Positions 54,038 through 64,000 of a stretch of DNA of 64,000 nucleotides are shown in pieces. The notes beneath the pieces were generated by a model. The model was not told the origin of the DNA and did not search any database. It saw only the letters and a program-made list of their open reading frames with translations. Positions within the stretch are counted from its first letter, which is position 1, and each line of letters starts with the position of its first letter. This stretch comes from Felis catus (Eukaryota): NCBI RefSeq assembly GCF_018350175.1, contig NC_058368.1:85872001-85936000 (forward strand), read 5' to 3'. A program made the translations under genes and the position numbers.

Positions 54038-56064
54038 AATTTTTTAATATTCATTTAATTTCATTTGAGAGAAATCATAAGAGAGAAGGGGAGGGGCAGA
54101 GAAAGAGGGATAGAACGGATCTCAAGCAGGCTCTGTGCTGTGAGTGCAGAGCTATGGGAACTCTAACTCACAGACCGTGAGATCATGTCCTGAGCTGAAG
54201 TCCAGAGTCAGATGCTCAAGTGACTGAGCTGCCAAGGTGCCCTAGGCGCATGCTTCTTAGTGATTTTATCTCTGTGTCTTTGTACTTGTTTTTCTCTATT
54301 CCTGAAATACTTTATTTCTGTGCTCATGTCACAATTAACTCTGCTTTCCCTGTGGGAACTTGGTGAACGATCACGACCACAGAGAGGGATCTGAGTACTT
54401 TATGGAATCCCACAGCCATGAGATCTCTCGTTACTGCTTTACATGGTGCTTTGTGCAGGTGACAGGTCAGAGTTCTGTGTCCTCCTTTACTGAGAGAGCC
54501 TGATCCCTGCAGAGCTAAGGGCGGCCAGTCCACAAATATCTGTTGAGTGGAAGAAATGATTTTTATTCATATTTTTTTGTCATTTTCTGTTTGTTTTCCT
54601 CCTTGTTTATCTATATTATATAAGAAAAGAGAACAAGAGTTCTATTGCTATCCTGTTCGATGGCTTAAAGATCACATAATACCTAACTTGTACAGAATCA
54701 CTTAGGTGAAAATTAATCTCTTACATTGACTTCTTCTCATATTTTTCTGAACCTCATGTCTTTGGACATACACCTCTGGACCAGGTGAAGCAAAGTGAAG
54801 AATCCTGTCCTGGAGCTGCCAGTAATGGGCTTGCCCAGGAGACTTCCAGTTAGGCTCTACGTGACATCAAGACAACCATGTGGAGGGTGGATTTCTTATC
54901 CCATGCAAGGATACAAATGGGGGTGGGAGTTGGGAGGAGGTACTGTCCAGGAAACATACTATATTATTGCTTACTTAAGACACTTCTCGGGGCGCCTGGG
55001 TGGCTCAAGTCCCTTGGGCATCTGACATCGACTCAGGTCCTGATCACAGGGTTTGTGAGTGGGAGCCCTGATTCAGGCTCTGTGCTGACAGGTTGGAGAC
55101 TGTAGCCTGCTTCAGATTCTGTGTCCCTCTCCCTCTGCCCTTTCCTCGCTTGCACTCTCTCCTCTGCCTCTCTCTCTCCAAAATAAATAAACCTTTTTCT
55201 TTTTAAATAATGTAACTTCTCAAAACAGGCCTAGGGAAATCATTTGCTGACTCCTTGAAATACCAAAAAAAAAAAAAAAGTTACTGTTTTGTGTTTGAGG
55301 GTAAAATCCATGAGGCATTCCATTTCACCCTATGTCTGCTGCCATGTAGAGTTTATTCTGGAGGACAAATCAGCATAAGTTCAGATTAATTTAAGATACA
55401 GTTGGGAGGTTTCCACAACTGATGACTAAACAGCCTATGGTTAGGACATTTTAAGGTGTGTATCAGGAAACCACCTACCTGTTGCTCAAACTCCAAAACA
55501 TATGTATTGAATTTTTTTGGTTGTTCACATTAAGGATTCATTACTTGAGCTGAGTATGGTAAAGATACCACCTTCTCAATGCAAGGTCGGTAAAACATAC
55601 TGTCATTCTGAGAAAATCCTCTGTTCTCAGTATTTTTTTTTTCCTTTTCCTTTTCTACTTATCAGTTTCCAGATATTATAAATGATCTTGTGCGAAAATA
55701 AGGTACTCAAGGACAGTTTCAGACTACCTTCTTATCTTGGAAATAATGGGTAAAATTTGTGGGTATTTGCACCTATTTTCCCTAATTTTTGGACCTCACC
55801 CAAAAGAGACCTTTTGTAATATTCTGTTTTATGTCTATATAAACACATATAAAAGCCAGATAGCTTTTTAGATTGTGTTATTTATTATTATTATTAATAT
55901 TCAGTACATAAATTGCTCTTTCTATGTCAGAGAAATATACTGGATCGTCAGCTTTCTGGGTCTCAGTTTTCAAATGAGAACCAAGTTCCAGGACAGATTT
56001 TCCATTGACAGTGATAGGAGGACACTTTCTAACAGACTTTTGTTTTGTTTGTTTCTTTATATAG

Positions 56065-56085
56065 CAAAACTAGAAGAAGAGAACG
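56065..56085 (+). CDS. Heptad micro-exon F4, (A)KLEEEN
   Basis: Same sequence and splice sites as F2. Confidence 0.65.
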
Positions 56086-56605
56086 GTACGTCCTATTTAG
56101 TTTTCAACATTCCACCCTTGATGTTCTTTCATTTTAATAAAACAACAAAATACAGACATTGCATTTATGACCCAAACGCGTTTAGAAGCAGGTAATGTAT
56201 CCTTCTGCTATTTTTTAAAACGTAACCTAAGTATTCCTAAGACAAGGAATGATGTAGGCCTAAATGGAGAAGAATGCGATGCATCATGTGGTGAGTTCAG
56301 GGCTGGGACTCAGGTGTTAAATCTGCCCCATTCAGTGAGGGCGGTCATCCTTTCTGCATATAGTAATTAGCTACCTATTTCATACTCAGTTCTTAAGAAA
56401 CACTGAGGGAAAAAGACTCTCTTTGCTATGCAACTTGCTACCTTACGACAGATGCAAATTCCACATTCAAATAATAAAAGTAAAACAAATATGGAATATG
56501 TTATAGAAAAGGATTCTTGATGCTATGAAGACATAAAATAGAGTGGACTTATTCATGGGATTGTGGATTTGCTGAAAAGCAGCAATGAAGATGAGGCAAG
56601 TGGTA

Positions 56606-59600
56606 TTTCTTTAATATGAAATTTATTATCAAATTGGTTCCCATACAACACCCAGTGTTCATCCCAACAAGTACCCTCCTCAATGCCCATCACCCAATTT
56701 CACCGCCCTCCAACCCCCCATCAACCCTCAGTTTATCCTCAGTTTTTAACAGCCTCTTATGGCTTGCCTTCCTCCCTTTCTAACTTTTTTCCCCTTCCCC
56801 TCACCCCCCCCCCCAATAGTCTTCTGTTACGTATCTCAGGAACCACATAAGAGTGAAAACATATGGCATCTGTCTTTCTCTGTATGACTTATTTCACTTA
56901 GCCTAACAGTATCCAGTTCCATCCACATTGCTAAAAAAGGCCATATTTCATTCCTTCTCATTGCCACGTAGTATTCCATTGTATATAGAAACCACAACTT
57001 CTTTATCCATTCATCAGTTGATGGACGTTTAGTCTCTTTCCATAATTTGGCTATTGTTGAAAGTGATGCTATAAACATGGGGGTAGAAGTGTCCCTATGC
57101 ATCAGCACCCCTGTGTCCCTTGGATAAATTTCTAGGAATGCTATTGCTGGGTATAGAGTAGATCTATTTTTAATGTTTTGAGGAACCTCCACACTGTTTT
57201 CCAGAGAGGTTGTACCAGTTTGCATTTCCACCAACAGGGCAAGAGGGTCCCCGTTTCTCCACATCCTCTCCAGCATCTATAGTCTCCTGATTTGTTCATT
57301 TAGGCCACTCTGGCAGGCATGAGGTGATATCTCACTGTAGTTTTGATTTGTATTTAAATGATGATTACTGACTTTGAGCATCTTTTCATGTGTCTGATGG
57401 CCACCTAGATGTCTTCTTTAGAAAAGTGTCTAATCATGTCTTCTGTCTATTTCCTCACTGGATTATTTGCTTCTCAGGTGTGGAATTTGGTGAGTTTTTT
57501 TTTTTTTTTTTAATATAGATTTTAGATACTAGCCCTTTATCCTATAAGTCATTTGCAAATATCTTTTTCCCACTCCATAGGTTGCCCTTTGTGGTTTTGA
57601 TTTGTATTTCCCTGATGAGGAGTGACATTGAGCATCTTTTCATGTGCCTGTTGGCCATCTGGATGTCTCTTTTAGAGAAGTGTCTATTAATGTCTTCTTC
57701 CCATTTCTTCACTGGATTATTTGTTTTTCGGGTGTGGAGTATGGTGAGTTCTTTATAGATATTGGAGACTAGCCCTTTGTCCGATGTGTCATTTGGAAAT
57801 ATCTTTTCCCGTTCCGTTGGTTGCCTTTTAGTTTTGCTGATTGTCTCCTTTGCAGTGCAGAAGGTATTCGTCTTCCTGAGGTCCCAATAGTCATTTTTTT
57901 TGCTTTTAATTCCCTTGCCTTTGGAGATGTGTCAAGTAAGAAATTGTTGAGGCTGAGGTCGGAGAAGCTTTTTCCTGCTTTCTCCTCTAGGGGTTTGATG
58001 GTTCCCTGCTGAACATTCAGGTCCTTCATCCATTTTCAATTTATTATTGTGAATAGTGTAAGAAAGTGTTCAGTTTCATCCTTCTGTATGTTGCTGTCCA
58101 GTTTTCCCAACACCATTTGTTAAAGAGACTGCCTTTCTTTAATTGGAGATTCCTTCCTGCTTTGTCAAAGATTAGTTGGCCATACTTTTGTGGGTCCAAT
58201 TCTGGAGTCTCTAATATATTCCATTGGTGTATGTGTCTGTTATTGTGCCAATACCATGCTGTCTTGATGATTACAGCTTTGCATTGGAGGCTAAAGTCTG
58301 GGATTGTGATGCCTCCCACTTTGGTCTGCTTCTTAAATATTACTTAGGTTATTCCAGGTCTCTTGTGGTTCCCTACAAATTTTAGGATTCCTTGTTCTAG
58401 CTTAGAGAACAATGTTGGCGTAATTTTCATTGGGATTTCATTGAATGTGTGGATTGATTTGGGTAGTATCGACATTTTAACAATATTTATTCTTCCAATC
58501 CATGAACACGGAATGTTTTTCCATTTCTTTGTATATTCTTCAATTTCCTTCAAGAGCTTTCTACACTTTTCAGCATACAGACCTTTCACATTTTTTGGTG
58601 AGGTTTATTCCTAGGTATTTTACGATTCTTGTAATTTTGAATGGGATAAGTTTCATTCTTTGTCTTTCCGTTACTTCATTTTTAATGTATAATAATGCAA
58701 CTTATTTCTGTACATTGATTTTTTTTATCCTGCGACTTTGCTGAATTAATGTATCAGTTCTAGCAGGCTTTTGGTGGAGTCTATTAGGTTTTCCATGTCA
58801 TCTGCAAAAAGTGAAAGCGTGACTTCATCTTTGCCTTTTTTTATGACTTTGATTCCTTTTGTTGTCTGATTGCTGATGCTGGAACTTCCAACACCATATT
58901 AAACAAGAGCGGTGAGAGTAGATATCCCTGACGTGTTCCTGATCTCAGGGAGGAAGCTCTCAGTTTTCCCCCATTGAGGATGTTATTAGCTCTGGGTTTT
59001 TGGTAATTGCCTTTTATGATGTTTAAGTATGTTCCTTCTATCCGACTTTCTCGAGGGTTTTTATTAAGAAAGGATGCTGAATTTTGTCAAATGCTTTTTC
59101 TGCATCGATTGACAGGATCATATGGTTCTTTTCTTTTCATTTATTAATGTGATGTATCACATTGATTGATTTGAGAATGTTGAGCCAGCCCTGCAGTCCA
59201 GGAATGAATCCCACTTGATCGTGGTGGATAATATTTTTTATATGCTGTTGAATTTGGTTTGCTAGTATCTTGTTGAGAATTTTTGCATGCATATTCAATA
59301 GGAATTTTGGCCTCTAGTTCTCTTTTATTGCTGGGTCTCAGTCTGTCTTGGGGATCAAAGTAATGCTGGCTTCATAGAATGAGTCTGGAAGTTTTCCTTC
59401 TCTTTCTATATTTTTGAAAATCTTGAGAAGGATAGGTATTATCTCTACGTTAAATGACTTGTAGAATTCCCCAGGGAAGACTTCTGGCCCTGGACTCTTA
59501 TTTGTTGGGAGATTTTAGATAACTGATTCAATTTATTCGCTGGTTATGGGTCTTTTCAAGTTTTCTAGTTCGTCCTGTTTGAGTTTGGGAAGTGTGTGGG

Positions 59601-62600
59601 TGCGTAGGAATGTGTCCGTTTCTTCCAGCTTGTCCAGTTTGTTGGCATATAGTTTTTTTGTAGTATTCCCTGATAATTGCTTGTATTTCTGAGGGATTGG
59701 TTATAATAGTTCAATTTTAATTAATGATTTTATCTATTTGGGTCTTCTCCCTTTTCTTTTTGAGATGTGTGGCTAGAGGTTTATCAATTGTTCATTTTTC
59801 AGAAAATATACTCTTGGTTTCATTGATCTACTACAGTTTTTTTTTTTTTTTTTAGATTCTATATAGTTTATTTCTGCTGTGATTTTTATTTCTCTTCTTC
59901 TTCTGGGTTTGGGTGTCTTTGCTGTTCTGCTTCTATTTCCTTTAGGTCTGCTGTTAGATTTTGTATGTGGGATTTTTCTTGTTTCTTGGGAAAGGCCTGG
60001 ATTGCAATGTGTTTTCCTATCAGGACTGCCTCTGCTGTATCCCAAAAACTGTTGGATTGTTGTATTTTCATTTTAATTTGTTTCCATACATTTTTAATTT
60101 CTTCTCTAATTGCCTGGTTGACACATTCATTCTTTAGTAGGGTGTTCTTTAACCACCATGATTTTAGAGGTTTTCCAGGCTTTTTCCTGTAGTTGATTTC
60201 AAGTTTCATAGCATTGTCCTCTGAAAGTGTGCATGATATGTTCTCAATTCTTTATACTTATTAAGGGCTGATTTGTGTCCCGGTATGTGATCTATCTTGG
60301 AAAATGTTCCATGTGCACTGGAGAAGAAAGTATATTTTGTCACTTTGGGATGCAGAGTTCTAAATATATCTGCCAAGTCCATCTGACCCAATGTATCATT
60401 CAGGGCTCTTGTTTCTTTGTTGATCCTGGTAGAGATGATCTATTCATTGTTGTATGTGGGGTATTAAAGACCCTGCAGTTACCACATTCTTATCATTAAA
60501 GTTGCTTATGTTTGTGATTAATTGTTTTATATATTTGGGGGTTTCTGTATTCGGCGCATAGACATTTATGATTGTTAGCTCTTCCTGATGGATAGACTCT
60601 GTAATAATTATATAATGACCTTCTTCATTTCTTGTTACAGCCTTTAATTTAAAGTCTAGTTTGTCTGATATAATTATGGCTACTCCAGCTTTCTTTTGAC
60701 TTCCAGGGGCATGATAAATAGTTCTCCATCACCCACTTTCAATCTGAAAGCGTTCCCAGGTCTGAAATGAGTCTCTTATGGACAACAAATAGATGAGTCT
60801 TGTTTTTTATCCATTCTGACACCCTATGACTTTTGACTGGAGCATTCATTCCATTTACATTAAGTGTTATTATTCAGTGTTAAAGATATGGGTTTGGAGT
60901 CATTGTGATGTCTGTAGGTTTCATGCTTGCAGTGATGTCTCTGGTACCGTGTGGTGCTTACAACATTTCACTCACAGAGTCCCCCTTAGAATCTCTTGTA
61001 GGGCTGGTTTAGTGTGATGAATTCTTTCAGTTTTTGTTTGTTTGGGAAAACCTTTATCTCTCCTATTCTGAATGACAGCCTTGTTGAATAAAGGATTCTG
61101 GGCTGCATTTTTTTTTTCCCTACTGATCACATTGTAGAATTCATGTTGGTGGCATAAATATTTACAACTGTGAGATCTACTTGTTGGATAGACCACGTCA
61201 CTTTGATATAGTATCCTTTGTCATTTCTTGTTACTGTCTTTGGTTTAATGTCTACTCTGCCTGAGATAAGTATTGCTACTCTGGCTTTCTTTCCACAGGC
61301 ATTGGCGTGATAAGTATTTATCCCTCTGTCCCTTCCCATTCAATCTGCAGGCATTGTGAGGTCTTAAATGAGTCTCTTATAGACAGCATGTAGAAAGGTC
61401 TTGTTTTTTTTTTCCTCTATTGTTTTTGTTTTTATTCTTTACTGATACTATATGTCTTTTGATTGGAGCACATCCTACACTTACATTCAGAATAAATCTA
61501 TATACAGGTATATACATGTATTTAGTGTCATTTTAATACTTGTTTTGTTGTCTCACCTGGATGTGTTCTCTTATCCTTTTTGTTTGTCACTTTTTTTCTT
61601 CCTTCCCACTTAAACAGTCCCCTTTAATATTGTGCACAGGGCTGGTGTAGTGGACATAAAGGTTCAGCTCCTTTAGTTTTTGTTTCTCTTGGAAAGTCTT
61701 TATCTGCTTCTGTTCTATATGATAACCTTGTTGTATAGAGTATACTAGGTGATGAGTTTCCCCGTCAGGACATTGAATACACCATGGCTTACCAAGTTTC
61801 TGTCGAGAGATCTGCAGCCAACCTTGTGGTTCTTCCCTTGTAATGTAGGCAATTCTTTTCTTTCTTGCTAATTGGATGTTTGTTCTTTGTCAGAATATTT
61901 TACACATTTAACTACAATATTTTGGGTTTAGGTCTGCTTTGGTGGATTTCTGTGGGAGTTTTCTGTGCCTCCTGGATTCGGATGGCTGTTTCACTCCCCA
62001 GATTTGGGAAGTGTTAGCCTATTATTTATGTAGACTACCCTTATGTTCCCTTTTATGTCTCTTCTTCTGCAACTCTGGTGATACAAATTTAAGTTTCATA
62101 GATACACTGAGTTTCCTAAGTCTATTTTCAGGCTTCCCTGAAGACTTCTTTTATTTTTTCAAGCAGAGCAGGAATCTTATGATGGCTGCTTTAAATTCTC
62201 CATCTGGTATAGTACTTTTCTTGGTTTTACATAAACCTCTGGCTTTTATCTTATATTCTTTCATTTCAGAGGGTTCCTCAGTCCTGGCATTGTCTATACA
62301 TCTTTCTGTCTTCTTATTGGTGTTCGGAAAGCCTGTTTCATTTCCTGCTCCTTAGAGTAGTTGCGTTATGAAGACGAGGTCAAATGGTGTCCAGGTCCTG
62401 ATGCTTTAAAGAGTGTCTCTCGAGTGACCTACATACACTAGGCTCCTGTGTTTTGGCTGCACTGCCTTTCAGGCCAGGCATCTTCAAAGGTTGTCCTTGC
62501 CTGCTGGTGCAGTGCTTGAACCTTGGTGAGAGTGTGGCAAATTTTATGTAGGTGTGCTCTGGTGTACAATTCAATGAGACTCATGTGGTTTCCACTAGGA

Positions 62601-63417
62601 CTGAAGCCTTGCAGAACAAAGAGTTTGGGAGACGTGGTTGACAGCATTTCTGCTCATCACCTGAGGAAGAAGACTGCCTGGCTGGGACTGAGACACACTT
62701 GACAGAGAAGGGGAATAGTCATTGAACACAGGGCTGTGGACTTGCTGTAAGCAGGAGAGGCAGCCAGTCTCAGCACTGTGTACTTCCTAAACATCCTTCT
62801 CTGTCTTTTCTGAAAGTATGGGGGAGTGTAGTGTCACCAACCAACTTCTTTGTCTCCAGTTGAGGGGTTATTGCATCTTTTGAGAAGCACTCTCAGAGGA
62901 GCATTGAAAGTCCCCCTTTGTGCCTCCAGTGTTGGTGTGTTTCAGATCCTCATCTTCATGCTGTCTGTGTCTAAGTTGTTTGCCTGACTTTCAGCCAGGA
63001 GCATTGCAGTGCCTGCTGGCCTCCATCCCAGCCAGGCACGCTGATCTTTAAACCTCCAGACTTTAAGCCCTGTTCATCAAAAGGCCTCAAGGAAATCAAC
63101 CCCTCTGCTTGTCCCAGCCAATGGCTTTTAAGAAGTGTCCATCTCATTCATTCCACTGTGTACTCCTAGAACTTTTTGTGTTTCTCTGCAACCAAGATCG
63201 TCTCCCCTCCATAGCACCTAGGAAACATGTGGCCCCAAACCACATCTCTGCATTTCCTACTATCCTTGATGTGTCCTCTTTCCTCCCTCAAGGATGAGCT
63301 TGTTTTATCAGTACTCAAGATTAATTCTTGGGTACTGAGAATGATTTGACAGTTTTCTAGTGTGTTTGAGGAAGGAGAAAAACCTAGGGTCCTCCTACTA
63401 TGCAACCACCTCAGCTC
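56606..63417 (-). mobile_element. Composite LINE-1, unit 4
   Basis: Copy of 20065-26875. Confidence 0.9.
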
Positions 63418-64000
63418 TGAAGCAGTTGACCTTGACAAGGAGGGAAAAGTTCGTTATCAGCTTCTTGGATTTATAGCATAATATTCCATAGTATAATATT
63501 CTTGTGTTGTATAAATAGGGTAATAGTATAATCTGTCATAGTAGAACATAAAGCTATGGCAAGGAAATGGTACTTTTACTGGGACTAAAGTAGACAGAGG
63601 GATCAATACAAGAGAAATGAAACTGCAAAAAGAGTTCCACATTTGTACGGTGAATAAATCAATGACAAAGGAAGCAAGAAAATGTAATGGGAAAAATGCC
63701 CCTTCATTAAATGATGTTGAGAACACTGGTCACAGATATTTACAAAATATTGATATTTGACCACTTTCCCACCATATGCTATAGTAAACTCATAATGGGT
63801 GAAAACATAAATCTAAGATATGAAGTATAAAACCTTTAAATAAAACCTAAGAAGTAAGTTCTTTGGCAACCTCCTGAGCAATATTTACTTGAAACTGGTT
63901 CCTCAGACAAGGATAGAAAAAACAGTAACAAATTATTCGGACTATCTCAAAATAAAGGCTTTTTTCTTTCCCCCAAGCAAAGAACACCATTAAAAAATGA

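Larger units (their letters stand above)
51757..63938 (+). repeat. Array unit 4
   Basis: 12182 bp; differences noticed from units 2-3 are homopolymer lengths. Confidence 0.97.
15225..64000 (+). repeat. Head-to-tail tandem array with ~12.18-kb unit: four complete copies plus the start of a fifth
   Basis: ggactatctcaaaataaaggc recurs at 15225, 27397, 39577, 51757 and 63939; the ORF track repeats with the same period. Confidence 0.98.

Noticed and set aside
1..64000. CRISPR arrays, operons, rRNA or tRNA genes
   Set aside because: Mammalian DNA; tRNA-like sequence is limited to SINE heads and no repeat-spacer structure was seen.

Overview
Mammalian, carnivore DNA, most likely felid given the young cat-type CAN-SINEs. 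It is repeat-rich and has no intact long ORF; nearly all ORF-track entries are LINE-1, ERV or SINE debris. Bases 432-7532 are a decayed betaretrovirus-like (ERVK) provirus on the minus strand. Bases ~7915-12890 are a diverged single copy of a segment that is then amplified inside a head-to-tail ~12.18-kb tandem array, with units starting near 15225, 27397, 39577, 51757 and 63939 and continuing past the window end. Each unit has ~4.6 kb of mostly non-repeat sequence, three SINEs and a composite antisense LINE-1. The main hidden signal, which the ORF track misses, is a series of exactly 21-nt, phase-1 micro-exons on the + strand with AG/GT boundaries. They encode coiled-coil heptads (GKLQEEY, ELLTEQK, GKLQEKY, AKLEEEN), an architecture known from butyrophilin/MOG/BG cytoplasmic tails. 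If spliced, each array unit would add about 14 in-frame residues, so array copy number could set coiled-coil length. Host-gene identity and splicing are inferred, not shown.
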